A DNA stretch of 64,000 nucleotides, taken from Amoebophrya sp. A120 (Eukaryota > Protista > Dinoflagellata). The stretch spans positions 6,125,207 through 6,189,206 of the forward strand of contig CAJINV010000005.1 in NCBI GenBank assembly GCA_905178155.1, read 5' to 3'. Positions 25,973 through 40,900 of the stretch are shown piece after piece (position 1 is the stretch's first letter; every line of letters begins with the position of its first letter). The notes below the pieces were generated by a model, which had not been told where the DNA came from, did not search any database, and saw nothing but the letters and a program-made list of their open reading frames with translations. The translations under genes were made by a program, and so were the position numbers.

Positions 25973-28900
25973 TCAGTCATCCACGCCCCCTAACATGTCC
26001 TCATCATCGCTCGGGGGCTTTGGTGGCTCTGCTTTCGGCGGATTACCTGCTCCCCGGGGGCTCCCCGCCGGACTGGGAGCGGCGGATCCGCCTGGTTTCG
26101 GTGGCGCAGGAGGTCCAGCATTTCCTCCTCGCGGGCTAAATGCTGATTTTCCGCCGAACGGTGACGGCTTGTTGCTTCCCCCTTTGCTGAAGGCTGAGGA
26201 CCCCCCACCGAACGCCGAGGATCCCCCGCCCATCTTCGATATGACAGCGCACAGCTCCCCCTCGCCCTCATTTGTATTGCATGAACAGCAAGACAAACAC
26301 CAGCTAGCACACGTGGGGCCAATGCATGACAAATTTGTGTGCCTAATGTAGTACTGTTTGGCCTTCCGGAGTTTGTCATGTTGGAAGGCTAAGGGCTGGG
26401 CGTCCCCTCGTAAACTATTCCTACAAACCGTAGCCTTCCGGAGTTTGTCATGCAAACAATGCTACAAAGCAGCGACTGCGTGGATTTGTGGTTTTGCATG
26501 ACAAATCAATGAGGGGGAGGGGAAGTTGTGCACTGTCATATTCGAGCCTCCTCCTCCAAACGCCGAAGAACCACCGCCGAAGGCGGACGAACCGCCGCCC
26601 ATCTTCGAGCCTCCGCCGAACGCGGAGGAGCCGCCACCGCCAAACGCGGATGACCCACCAACTTTAGATCCGAACGCCGATGATCCGCCGACTTTAGATC
26701 CGAACGCGGATGACCCTCCCACTTTGGATCCAAACGCGGATGACCCACCTCCCATCTGGGAGCCGCCTCCCATGGCCGCGCTGCCGCCGCCAAATGCACT
26801 TCCGCCGCCGCGTGGACTCGGGGGAGCGCCTGGTGGCGGGCCGATGGTGGCATTGGTGCCCTGCTGCGCCCCGCTGCGGGGGGAACTGCTACCCCCCGCT
26901 TCTCCGGGTTCGCCCGCAACGGAAACACCGCCGACCTGTTGGCTCGCGTTCTTGTCGGCTTTTTTGTCTTTCTTTTTCTTCTTCTCGCCCTTTTTTCCTT
27001 TAGTCCCAGGAGCAGCAGTACCGGGTTTTTTCTTGTCGTCTTTCTTTCCACCTGCTTTGGCTGCGGCAGCAGTACCGGGTTTCTTCTTGTCATCCTTTTT
27101 CTTCTTTTTCTCCTATCACACAGAAAAAAACTGCCAGGTTATATATATTTGCAATGCAAAAATAAATAGACAAAAAAAATTGTATTGCGTATCCTAAACA
27201 GCATGCTATGAGGCCGCCCATGACAGATCTCTCTGTGTATTTATTTTTGCATTACAAAGATGCCCTGCCAGTTTGTTTCTGTGGGATATCTCCCCGTCAT
27301 CGTCGTCGTCGTCCGAGTCCTTATCGTCGTCGTCTGAGCCGGAGCCAGAATCGTCGTCGTCCTTATCGTCGTCACCATCACTGGAATTATGCATTGCAAA
27401 AGTTATTTGCTATCGTGCCTACTAGTGGAAATTGTTCCAATACAACTTCATTGCTCTTCAGCACAACACCACATAGAAAAATTTGCAGCAATGCGGTGGG
27501 TTTATTCATCAGTTACCCTACCAGGAACCAGAAGTAGAAGATTTGTACTGCATGGCGTTGCACTTCCAATTTCTCCTTACGAGCGCGACACAAGAACTTT
27601 TGCAGACATCAGGATACGAACTACTGCTGTCCGACGAATCATCTTCATCGTCCTCCCCGCGCATTTCCTTTTTCGGTTTTTTCCTTGCTTTTTTCGCGAG
27701 CTTTTTCTTCTTTTTCTCCTCGATTTTTTTCTTCGCAGAGACTTCCCTGTCGTGTTCCAGTCGTTTCGGGTGCGGCCGCATCTCCTTGGACAGGTTCCAC
27801 TTAAACCGCAGCACGTAAAGCACCGACGCGAAGAAGACCAAGATATGCATTGCAAAAGTATCGTAGGTACTCGTAGAAATACATTGCAAATTTTCTCAGC
27901 ATGAGAAATAAAATTTGTGATGCGAATTTACCTTAGGAAAAAGATTTGTAATGCGTGATTGCAATACGAGTACGATACTTTTGCACAGGATACAAGAACT
28001 GCACACACAAAAAGCTCCGGATGCCCAGTCGCCAGTCGTACCCAAAACCCGGATCGAAGCTGTCCCAGGCTGCACAATATGCATTGCAAATATCGGTGTG
28101 GTTCTGGAAGAGCTCTGTGAGTTTGTGATGCTAGATGCCGGATAAGTAAGTAGCAGGCATGATCGCGGAGCCTTCCGAGTAGAACTTGTGATGCTACGGC
28201 TCGCATTCCAACTACCCTTCTGGGACATGCAAAAGCAGCATTACAAGCCTTACACACTCTTCGTCTTCCAGACCCAGATATCTAAAAATTTGCGGTTGAT
28301 ACACACCACGTGGCATTGTTGAAGTAGTTGTAAATGCCGCGGAGTCCCTCTTTCTCCGTTAGCTGTGCCAGGCTGAAAGGGGTCTTGTGAAGATTTTTTT
28401 GACTGTTCATCATTTTTCTCTCCTGATTCCTATGCATCTCTATCTGTATCTTTCGCCGCGCTAGTCTCGCTTTCTTTGTTTGGCTCTGGGGTATAATTAC
28501 TGTGTTTGTTCCGATGCCAATCGGTGGCTCTAAATCTTTTAGTGTGCTTGTTGATATTCTTCTCGCTGCACCACGAGCTTCGGTACTGCTCGTACTTGCG
28601 TCAACATCTTCCAGTACTTCTTCTAGCGAAGAAGATGCGTGCGGCCGTGAAGAGGACGTGGCTAAGAAAGAAGAGAATGCACTTGACGACCCAGTGCTGT
28701 CCTCCGTCTCATTCGTCCCGTTCAGTTCCACGCCCAACTGCTCGTCGACGTCTGTTCGCGGGATTTCCAGCGTCAACATCATTGACTCTTCCGTCATACT
28801 AGACAAAGCCGTTCCGTCGGTTTTGTTCTTTTGCTCCGCGAGCAGGTGCTTCGCCAGGTATTTCTGTTATGAACTGCAAAAGCATCGTACTCGTATAAAT

Positions 28901-31900
28901 CGCATGACAAATTTCCTCAGCATGAGAAAGGAAATTTGTAATGCGGATTTCCCTTGAGAATATGGATTTGTAATGCAAGACTTGCATTTATACGAATACG
29001 ATACTTTTGCACAGGATATCTGTACGAGTGCGTCGATTTTTTCTGCCGTCGAGTTCGCTGTCGGGACGATTTTCTGGGAAACAACCTCGGTCTTCTCGTC
29101 CACAGTTATGGCGTTCTCAAACGTTACACTCTCAACCGTTACATGGATTTGTAATGCAAGAACAGCAACAGTGAAAGTGGCGAGATTGCAGCTTTCGCAT
29201 TACAGATTTTCCACAGATTATCATGCTGTTTAGCCCTTCGAAAATTTGTCATGCGAAGCACCTTGATCAAGTGGAGGCTGATGGCAATTTTGCATGACAA
29301 ATCCGTGTAACAGTTGAGGATCTGACAGCTGAGAATGCCATAACAGTCGTTTTTATCGTCGAGTTTTTCAAAGATCTCGACATGGCGATCTTCGCGTCTT
29401 CGTTTGTGGACTGGAACCAAATGGTGAGCGCGAATCCGCCCCGAGGAAGGTCGTCCAGGTTTTCTTCTACCTCCGGGATGTTGTCTTCTGGATTATTGGA
29501 GGAGGATTTTTTCTCTAATTGTGCGGGATCTAGCGGGGGCTTCGCCGGGACAAACCCACCGGACACCACCGCGATGGAGGTTTGTTGGAGTTTTTTTCTT
29601 CTCTTTTTCCTCTTCAGCAGCTCTAGCAGGGAGGACGAGGAGCTTTTATTTCCTGTAATAATTCTGCCATCCTGTAGAAGCAACTCTTCCTGTAGTAGCG
29701 ACCGCTGCGCTGGGTCTTTAATATCTTTATTCTTGTTACTACGCTGGTCATCGTCCCGGCGCAGCAGGTGATTCTGCTGCTGCTCGTGGTGGTCTATTGT
29801 ATCACCTGCTCGCTTGTTCTGCGCTATTCCAGCACTCACAGCAGCTGGCTCAGTATCATCTCCACGACCTATTGCGGCTTCTATAGTAGCGTCTAGGTGG
29901 GCTATGTCCTCCTCCTCCTCGTCAGCTCCTCCATCCGCTCCTATCTCCACGAAAGAAGAGCTTCTGTTAGAAGACGATGATGATATCAAAGAACTACTGC
30001 CTTCGTTCTGTAAAACGCCACTGGAATTTGCCAGGTAGTCATTCAGCGCGATTTCCATCGCGTCAAAGGCCGTGCCATTCGCCTGAAACTCCAGAAGATC
30101 GTTCTCCTGCAGCATAATCCTTACCGCCAGCTCCGAGGCTCCGGGGGGTAAGGCTTTCTGCTCGACCACTTTTTCGCCGGGGATAATAGCGTGCAGGACC
30201 TCCGCATCGACCACCTCCACGTATCGGTTTTCTTTCAACCATGTCCACACCATCGCCCCCTCGGCGACCAAGCTTGCGTCAAAGGTTTCCGTCGTCATGG
30301 TGGAAATGGTGTCGTTGGTCTCGGCAATCCGTTCGAGGTAGTGGGTGGTCGTGTGTGGGAAGATGTCGCTGTCCGTCAGCTGCGTCTATCCTGTGCAAAA
30401 GTACCGTACTCGTTGTACTGATTGCAGCTACGTATAAGAAATTTTTTTGCTAAGCTAAATCAGCATGACAAATTTCATGATTTGTCATGCTGCGCCACTT
30501 TGTATTGCAATTACAACTACTAGTTGTGCCATGCTTTTGCATTTCATAGCGTCCACCTCTGAGCGACTCTCTGAAGTTTTTGCCGTTGTGCGAGGCGGGC
30601 TCTGGATAGTGCAGTCTTCGACGAAGTACTAGATGCAGAACTGCGCGAGGACGAGGATAGCTCTGTTTCTAGAAAGGAGGCAGCTGCTGCATTACCTTCT
30701 TCCTCTCCGCTGTTACCTTCTTCCTCGGGCGTGACCATCAGGGCGGCGATCTTGCCCGCGATTCGCTCTTGATAGTCGTCGTACTCCATCACAATCGGCA
30801 CGGCGATTGCCTTATCGAGTGCAAAAGTACGCACTAATCGTAATCCCATCGCAATATTGCATGACAAATCTAGTCTGTTACCTGAATCTGCATGAGAAAT
30901 GGCACTTCCTTGTCAAAATCCTGAAAAAATTTGTCATGCGATTCACCCTAGTACGGTACTTTTGCAGTGCATATGCCTCGTCCCTTCTGTATGGAATTCT
31001 CGCACAGGAGACAATTTGGTTCAGAACTTTCGGCTCCTCGTTACTTTCATCCGAATCACCTCCGTCGTCAGAAGAAGCTTGATCCGCGGTGCTGCTGCCG
31101 CGGTCTCTTCTCTCTTTCTCTTTCTTCTCCTCCCCACCCTCTAGATCTGCATCGAGGAAAGAAGCGGCTGCAGCAGCACCAGAAGTACTCGAGGAGGAAG
31201 CTAGAGAACTTGCTGCAAGTGAACTTTCCTCCTCCACGACGGTCGTAGTTGTCGTCGTCGTCGTGGGTGGTGGATCGAAATCCACCAGCAGTGTGTACAA
31301 CGGCCCGCCTTCAAAATACTCCGGGTTTTTGTATTCTGTGAACAGCGGGTCGTACTGAAACCCGTGACACTTTTCCTTCAACGCGTTGCACGCCTGCCAG
31401 GCCGAATCCGGACTGTAGTAGTAATCCGGCGTGCTGCGGTCGTCGCAGTAGTAGAAAAAGTGCGCGACCACCGTCGTGGTCGTCGTGTCGGTGGTGTAGC
31501 CTGACTCTTCTGGGTCACCTAACGCACTCTATCCCGCGTAAAAACGTCCCCATCCCATAGTCAAGTTGGGAGCCCTGCAATACAAATGCAGAATCTTTAA
31601 AAGCCACGCATGACAAGCTCCTCTCTGTATTCTAGAGCAGCTTAGCAAGGACAGCCGCAGTACAAATCCATCTGCTTGTCCTGTTTACTGCAGCAAAAAT
31701 TCCAAAACACCCGTAGAAATGCCTTACGTGTAGCTGCGCATCACAAGTCTTCCTGGTTATTGCAAATCTGCATGACAACTCTGGGGTGCAGGGGAAGTTT
31801 TTACATAGGATACATTCGACCCGGTCCACACGCACCCGTTGTCGCAACCGCCGCCAGCACTTTTGCACAGCGTGTCCCCAGTTGCCTCGTCCCGTACGGC

Positions 31901-34900
31901 TGTGATCTCTTATCCCACGAAAAAAGTGTTACAGTTACACATTTGTTGTAATTTCAGCATCACAAACTTGCTTTGCATGACAGAGGAAACTTGCAATGCA
32001 AAGATCATAAGGGAAAACACGAAGGAAACGAGTCTCCAAAGCATTTCCTGCATGACAAAGGTTGTCTATGTTGCCGGTCGTGCAACACAATGTGTAACTG
32101 TAACACTTTTTTCTTTGCATATCTCTTCCAAGTTGCACAGTCTTCTGTTTCCCAAATTGTGGCAAATCTCTATCCTGAGTAAAAACGTACCCACACCAGA
32201 GTTGTAATGCAGATTTGCAAAGACAGGAAGACTTGTAATGCGCATCACCATGAGAGCCATTTCGAGTCGTGTTTTGGAATTTGTGATGCTGTGAACAGGA
32301 TGAGCCGATGAATCTGTGATGCGGCTGCACTTGCTAACCTGCACTACACTGCAGAGTGCAACTTGTCATGCGTGACTCACAAAACTCCTAGGTTTGTGTT
32401 GCAAAATCCCCATCCTGACTCTGGTGTGGGTACGTTTTTACTCAGGATAATCTCCACCGCTTCCTCGAAGCTTACCGCTGCGTCCGCTTTCGTGCAGCTG
32501 TTGGCCGGGGTGACACAATCAACATTGACAGAAGTGTATGCACTGCAAAAGCATCGCACTCGTACTAGTATTGCAATACAAATTAGCTCAGCATCTGCAT
32601 CACAAATGAAGAAAGTTCTCATGCTTATGTTGCATAACTGCGATAATTTGTAAGTACGAGTTTTAGAAGTACTTTTGCACAGGATAAAGTGGTGGAAACG
32701 ACCGGATCGCCGTTATCGTCTAGTTCTCCGGTCTCGGTCTCGGTGGTAAACGTTTTGCTAAACGCTGTTCGAAACGAGTCTGTCACGGAATCTTCCTCCC
32801 CACAGCACCTGACCGCGAACCGACCGGTTTGCTTGTCTATTGCCGTCGGTGTGAAATCCGCGTTGCAGGTGTTGGTTAAGGCGTTCCCGGTGTCCAAGTC
32901 CACCCCCGGGCTGGCTGCGCCCCGAATGACGAAGGCCGAATGGGAGTAGGGAAGAATATGGGGGCGCCAGGATTGAAATCGACAAAGTTGAAATAATTCG
33001 TGACGCATAAAACGGATCCCAGTTGGTGCCTTCTTTTCCAGCGGCGCATGACAAATTTGGGTAGAGCCTGTAATGCTGTTTGGGTAAGGAAGACGCCTTT
33101 TGTCATGCTACTTCAGCAGCTCTTTTTTCTACCCCTCAACAGGCTTACAATCTGCCTCCCTTGCCTACTCTGCAAGACAGGCATTTTGCGGGTTGCATTT
33201 TATGCATCACAAAGAACTATTTCAACTTTGACGATTTCAATCCTGACGCGTCCATACAGAATTCTTTCCTCGTAAATGGGCAAGTGCTTGTACTCGATGC
33301 AGCACGTTTTCAAGTCCAGGTAGCTACACTTTCTGTCCACGCAATAATCCAGAATCGACTCCGAACTGATCGACAGCTGGTACGCGTGGGAGATTGCCCC
33401 CGCCCCCGGGTTGATGGCCGTTCTCTCGCAGCCAAAATCGTTCGCGGTCTTCCCCACCTGGTAATATTCATCAAAATACGCGGAGTGTAGAATCCCATAC
33501 GGGTCTGGCGTATAGCTTTCCCAATCCGGGCAGACCCCGCGTCTCTCGCAACACTGCTTTTCATTCAGCACGTTGTCGCAATTCCGAGAAAAACACAAAT
33601 TGTCGCCGAATTTGTAGCCCTCGGGGTTTTCGAACTGATGAATCAAGGTCTCGTGTCCCGGGTGTGGGTCTGGCACTTCGATTTCGGTTTGCCCGTGCCC
33701 GATGAAGCCAGAGGGAATTTTTTGCAAGTTTAACAGCTGCAAATGCGTTTTGTTCAAGATCTCATCCCTTGTCTGTTCGAAGTCGGAGAAGAGGTGTAGG
33801 GTGACTTTCGTGTTGTCATTCGCATCGCCCACCGCCCCATACGCGGTTGTCGCAGACCGGTGCACGGGAATGACTGTTTTCCCGCTGTTTTCCGGTAATG
33901 ATTGACTATAAGCCGTCACGACGGATCTATTCGCCACGTACTGGTCAATCTCGATATCCCGCGGCTGACACTGGAAGCTCTTCAGATCGTCGATCACATC
34001 CTCCCCGAAGAAACCGATATCGCAGGTCGGGTAATCGCAGCATTCTTTTGTACCTTCCTCGAAAGGGAAATACGGGGGAAACCCGGAACTCGCCGGCACA
34101 GAGGTCGAATTCGATAACGGCCGGCCAAACCCCCGGTCGGCGCAATATTCGTCGGCCCTAGTGGTTCCGGAGCCATCGCCCAGCGGATCCGTGTCCGCAA
34201 AAGGGTACCGGTGCGCCGTTGTGGCGTCGACGGGCACATCGGTCCCGACAAATTGGAAGTCGGTTCCGAGCCCCATGTCTTGAATCGATCCACTTGCTTC
34301 TTGGAATAAATCCCCACTGTAATTGATGTCCCCGTAAATCGTAGTTTCCTTCTTCCCGTCATACAGAATATAACAGTGCATAACTCCCCCTCTCCTTCAT
34401 TTGTGATGCAAAATACCCAATCCGCCCTTTGCCTCTTGGCACATTTTGCATGACAAGTTCTGGTAGCCGAAATAGCACTTTAATCCAGTGCAAATTTGTC
34501 ATGCAAAACCGGCATTCTTGCCGATGCTTGTATTGCCGTTCACGCAATACAAATGAGGGGGAGGGGGGGTTGTGCACTGTCATACAGAAACACCCCGCCG
34601 CACTTGTCCCGCGTTGTGTAGGAGAAATCTCCCTGGTAGCAGCTATCCTGTGCAAAAGTATCGTACTCGTAGTGATTGCAGTCATGCATTACAGATCTCC
34701 TTCCCAAGGCAAATCAGCATGACAATTTCCACTTGTCATGCTGAGCGAACTTGTATTGCAATTACTACTAGTATGATACTTTTGCAGTTCATAGCAGCAA
34801 TTCTCCGCTGGTAAAGGCTCGTGCGGTTCGGGGGCTGAATCGTAGTGCGGGTAGGTTTTCCAACTCGGATTCCGCTCCGACGCATACAAAGGTTCGCCAT

Positions 34901-37900
34901 AACCCTTCGAGCTACAGGAGTCTTATCCTGTGCAAAAGTATCGCACTCGTAGTGATCGCAGTCATGCATTACAAATCTCGATCCCAAGGCAAAACAGCAT
35001 GACAAACTCCATTTCTCATGCTGAGTGAATTTGTCATGCGATTTCTACTAGTACGATACTTTTGCAATGCATAAATCTTTGTGGGTGTCCAAATGTTCGA
35101 AGCAGTTGTCCACACACCCACTGTTCACGATCGTCTGACCATGAGCAGGACACGTGAACACCGGCGACCCGTAGAATCCATCCGCACAGCGGCCCCAGGG
35201 ACTTGCCAAAGTGGACACGTCGATGGGGTTGCTCGGACCGCCCTTTCCAGACCCGTCGTTGATGTCGATTGGGTAGAGTTCCAGAGACGTCAGCGCCGCC
35301 TCCCAATCGAAAGCCGGCTCACTCGAGGACATCCCGGTACCGGTCACATGCATGAAGTAGGGGTAAGACAAGACCACGGCACTCCTCGGCGCCGCTGCGT
35401 GGCCGAGGTCCGGCGGCCGGCGGCAGCCCTTGATACAGCACGTGTTTTGGCAGGATTCGATGGAAAATTCCTGATCATTTTCCACGGCGGCGTTCATATT
35501 GTCCGCATTCGTGGATATCGGCTGTACATCGAACCCACACAGGTTTTGCGTCGGGCTCGGAGTGATCAAATCTTGGAACCAAACCCCCAACGGGTCGTCC
35601 TTCGGCTCTCGGTAGTGGCACTTCGCGAAGGTGTTAAACCCGGCTGGGGTTCCACTCGGCTTCTCGGCGACGAAATCGTCGGCGTCACATATCCTGTGCA
35701 AAAGTATCGCGCTTCTAGGAATAATTGCACTATATGTTATGCATCTACTTTCTCAAGGGAAGTCAGCATTACAAATTTCATTTCTAATGCTGGGCTAATT
35801 TGTAATGCAGTTTATACTACGCACGATACTTTTGCATTGCATATCGCAGTGGGCCCAGCAAAACCGTTCCTTGTTCCCCTCCTCGTCTTTTAACTTGTAA
35901 TTCCCATTGGTACAGATTTTACACGACTGGCGAAACGGGATTCCCATCAAATTGCACCGGTCTTGGTCCACTTCCCCTAAGATTTCATTGTTGTTGTTCG
36001 CGGTATTGTGCGAGGGGTCTTTGGTCAGCGTGCAGTAGCAGGTTGGTTCACACCCCCGCAACAGCACCTGCTGGTTCGAGCCCGGGCAGCGCAATTCCGG
36101 TTTCTCCCCCTGAACCACTTCGTGGTACCCAACCGCGCATTTCAAATTCTGATGCATCGCCCAGGTGGACATGCCCGGATAGGCGTCGTCGGTGTTTATT
36201 TCCGACAAAAGCGGGTGCCAATGGAAGGTCGCCGGATCCCCGGGGGTGTATATCGCGCGAAAAAAGTGTTACAGTATACACATTTGTTATCAACTGAGCA
36301 ACACAAATTTCTCTGCATGAGAGAGAAAACTCGCAATGCAGAAATCCTACAGGAAAACACCTATGAAAGGAGGCTCCTACGTACGCATATCCGGCATGAC
36401 AGAGCTTGTCTGTCTTGCTTGGCCTGCAACACAATGTGTAACTGTAACACTTTTTTCTCAGGATAGTGTACGTGCCGGAAACACTCGTCGCGTCCACCTC
36501 ATACCCCACTCCGTCGTTGTCCCGCCAGTCTCCCGTATACCCAGGTTTGTGGCAGGCGGCAACGCAGCAACTGTCCTCGCAGTTTTGGTCGTCGTAAAGG
36601 TGTCTCGTGCAGTACGTGTATCGAATGCAAACCTGTCTGGGTGGTCTGGAAACTTGTGATGCTGGACTGCGGATGATGAAAACACACTACACTTCCAAAT
36701 GCAGCCAAGCATGACAAGTTTGCAGGACGCTTTCTCATATGCATTCCGCATGAGAAACTCCGTTTTTGTAATACAAAAGAGGCTGCGTCGACTTTATTTG
36801 TTGGTCATGCAACACAGATTTCACCGGGATGTAAGCGCAGCATTACAAGTTCCAACTTTCCAGACCCAGGAGACATCTTTGCAGTGGATAACGTGACCGC
36901 CGGCTTCAACGTGTGGTACCAGGCTTGCTCGGGCGTTTGCGGCCTGGTCGCACACGTGATGGAGGTGCACGCCGGCCAGCAGCGAGTTTCTTTCGCGTGG
37001 AAGGGCGCAATCGTGCTGGCGATGGTGTTGGAGCTCGGATTGGGGCCGTAGTCGGTGTCATGCCGCAGCTTGTACTTCTGCGGGTCGCTGCAGCTATCAC
37101 AGTGCTGCCGCGTTGGCCCGGGGCACTGGCCCGGGGTGTGGTCCGGCGTACCGACCACCACCTCGTTGTCCTTCACCGCACCTGTCCCCGGCTCCATCTG
37201 ATCCGTGGTGCACCAACAGGTGGGGAGACAGTGATTCAACTTCACCTCTTCCCCCGGCCCGTCACACCGCAGCGTCGCCTGAAACTGTAAGCTCGCCACC
37301 GCTATCAAATGTAAAAATGTCTGGGTCTGGAAGATTCTGAGACTTGTCATGCAAGTTTTGCATGAGCCATGATGTCTGTGATGCATGCCCTAGCATCAGA
37401 GATTTTTTGAGACCTTCTTGATGCCTATTCCGCATGACAAATGCCCTCTTCCCGTAGCAAAAATTATACTCCCTTTGCTGCTCATGCAACACAAATTTTT
37501 TAGACATCCAAATGCAGCATCAGAAGTTGCATTCTTCCAGACCCAGACATTTTTGCATTTGATACCCGCGAACTTGTGCGCCGAACCACTGTAGCCCGGC
37601 GTTAAGTTTGAGTGGTAATTCACCGCGCACTGGAACGACGCGTGCTGAAACTCCGCACCCGGGGCGGTGCCCGAAGGGATTGTTGACAGAGGAGGGTGGA
37701 GTTCCGGATGGGTCAAAGCCTGGTCCCAGGGGTCGATATCATAGCCCGTTTGGTCCACGGGCTCCCTGCACCCCATGACGCAACAGTTGTTGTGTTGCTT
37801 GCATGTCCAGACCGTGTTCCTGCGCTCGTTGCACCAGACCTGGTTCGTGTTGCTGTTCGGGGGGGTTTGGAGTTTCCGCTGGTGCCAGGCGGGCTTTTTG

Positions 37901-40900
37901 ACACCACTCACCTGCGTATCCACCTGCTGCGACCAGTGGCAGTTGATGTAGCTCCTTATGCATTGCAAAAGCATCGTAGTCGTACTAGTTGTATAAATTG
38001 CATTACAAATTTCCTCAGCATGAGAAATGAAATTTGTAGTGCGGATTTACCTTGAGAAAAAGATTTGTAATGCATGATTGCAATACGAGTACGATACTTT
38101 TGCACAGGATACTGCAGGTCGCCCAACAGATGTGCTGCTCGTAGTACAACCCATCCCCGTACGTCGTGCCGTCGCCCCACTGAAAGCCCAGATCGGCCTC
38201 GCTCATGGCCGGATTGGACGTGGTGCCGTACTCGTTTTTGTCGCTCACCCGCACATCGTACTGCTTGTCATTGGGATCCGTATTGTCGGAACAACTTTGA
38301 CACCGCTCCGCGTGCGGCGCTGGGCACCCCGTGTTGGTCGCCGTACCATGCACGCAGTCGCAGATCGGCGCGCAGCCCCGGTGTTGCACTTCCGCGGCGG
38401 AAGTGGTACATTTGAACTCCGCAGTGCCGTGGTAATCCGCCGCATTACATTATCATTTGTAAAAACGTCTCCACCCCAGAGCTGTCATGCAGATTCGCAA
38501 TGACTGGAACATTTGTGATGCGCATCTCCATGAGAGGCATTTCTAGTCGTGTTTCGGAATTTGTAATGCTGTAACCAGAATGGGCAGATGGATTTGCGAT
38601 GCGTTTGTCCTTGCTAATCTGCACTACACTACAGACTACAGCTTGTGATGCGTGAGCCCCAAAACTTCTAGGTTTGTGTTGCAAAGTCCCCATCTTGACT
38701 CTGGGGTGGGGGCATTTTTCATTGTAATATGCATTGGAACAGATTCACATCCGGCGACATATCCGCCCGGACCCAGTCGTTGTCACTTCTCGGATACAAA
38801 CCCGTATTGCTCGTGTAGTCGTACCACGTCAAAGCCGCGTTCCAATCCGGCACCGTGTAGGTCTGGAAGGCTTTATGATCCACCGGTGGGACGCACACGT
38901 GGACGCAGCACGTGTCTCGATCTTGACTGTAATCGCAGGCGTGGTCGCGACACTGCGTATTCGCGTGGTCGATGATTTGCGTGTAGTTAGTCGCTGCAGG
39001 ATTGCAATCGAGATGCGTGCATTTTTGTGCGCAACAGGTTTTGAAGTCTTGTTGAAAGTTATTCATGTTTGCGATGGTCTGGCACCGGTTCTCTTCGCAG
39101 TAGAGGTTGTCGTTTAGCGCTTTGGTTCTTACAAAATAGCCCGGGATTCCGTTAATCAGAGCGGTTTCACACATGGTTTTCGCATTATCGCAAGAAAAAA
39201 CGGCTTCACTGTAAACTTGTGATGCACAGAATGGAACAAAGATCATGCATTTGTCTTGCTACACATGCAAGACATAGGCTTTTTACCTCTGTTGTCCATT
39301 AGGAACCTCGCATGACAAGTTTTCTTTGCCATGTGTAACGAACTTGTGATGCAAAACTGGCAAAATCGATCCTTTACAATTACAGTGAAACTGTTTTTTC
39401 TTTCGATACGCATTATCCGACGAGCAATACTCCCGGCAGCCAGTCGGATCCAAGCGGACGACTTCACTAGTGACGTTGCAAAGGAATTTCGGCCCCTCGG
39501 ATCCGGGGTTGCTGATGGTGCTCCGATCGAAAAACCCGCTGGCGCACGTCAGTTGCGGGTGCGCCTTCCAGTTCGTGGCCGTGTCGTCGGGGTAGGAACT
39601 AACGGTGGGAAACTGACCGCCTTCTGATAGTAGAATCTGCTGCCAGTTTATCACAAGAAAAAAGTGTTACAGTTACACATTTGTTGGAGTTTCTGCATCA
39701 CAAATTTTCTGGCAGAGAGAAAACTTGTATATGCAAAGATCATAAGGGAAAATACGTACGAAATCGAAACGAGGCTCGCAAGCATTTCCTGCATGACATA
39801 ACGTTGTGTGTCTGTCTTGCGGCTCCTGCAACACAATGTGTAACTGTAACACTTTATTTTTCTTGCGATACAGTCTGCCACACCGGGCGCCAGGGAGTAC
39901 CCGTAGATTTGCGCCGGCGTGTATCAACAGCGAAAATCCCCCCTCCCTATATCAAAGCGGAAATTTGTGATGCGGGACCTCTGTACACAAATCAGGTTTG
40001 TCTTGCAGTAGAGGACTGCAGACCCAGTATATCAAGCCTGAGTGAGAGAGGTTCTGGCCTAGGTGGCACGCAGCACGACAAAAGTCCGCGCTGTAGGCCC
40101 GTCAGCATCACAAACCGCCGGCACAAAAATGCGGGGGGCCTTCTGGGTTTGCCTTCATGCAAGACAGACACGAGGCGTGACTACAAATCAGCATCACAAA
40201 TTTCCGAAAACTATAATACCTTTTTAAGTAGTATGGGGAGCGGAGATTTTTCCTCGCGATACCGTGTCCGGCGGTCGGCAACCGGGGATGCAGCAGCTGT
40301 CCTCGCAGTTCTGGCGGTCCCAGCGTTGCTCCGTGCAGTAGGTGATAGTCGGATTTTTCTTTGTAAAGTACCAGGCGCCGCCTTTTATGGTCGTCGCACC
40401 ATTGGTCGTGTCTTGTGTCCTGTCCTGCGCCGGGCAGGAGAACCCGGAGCAGCTGGCCCAGCACCGCCGCTCGCCGACCGCCGCGTACGCACCGCCCCAC
40501 TCGTGATTGGGGTACAGATTCTGCGGGTCATTGTCTGCGCGGAGCTTGTATTTTACCGGCATTTATCAAAATGAAAAATCCCCCCACCCCATACTCAAAC
40601 TAGAGATTTGTGATGCAGATTTGTGGCCACAAATCAGCTCTGTCATGCTAGAAGGCAAAAGATGCGGACTGTAGTGCTACCTAGCGTGGGAAAGTATTGC
40701 ATCTCCAGCATGACACGAGGCAACTGGAAGTGGGAAACCGCATGACAAATTGCCTGCAATTCAGGCCACAACTGCGTCTCTTGGCCTTCTAGCAATACAA
40801 GTCGATTTGTGTACTCAAATACAGCATCACAAATTTCGTTTCCGATATGGGGAGGGGGGATTTTTCTTTTTGATAGCATCCCGACGACATTCATGTCCGA

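Noticed and set aside
26526-27197. Plus-strand Pro-rich 223-aa ORF
   Set aside because: It is the antisense shadow of the Gly/Lys-rich minus-strand exon of gene 2.
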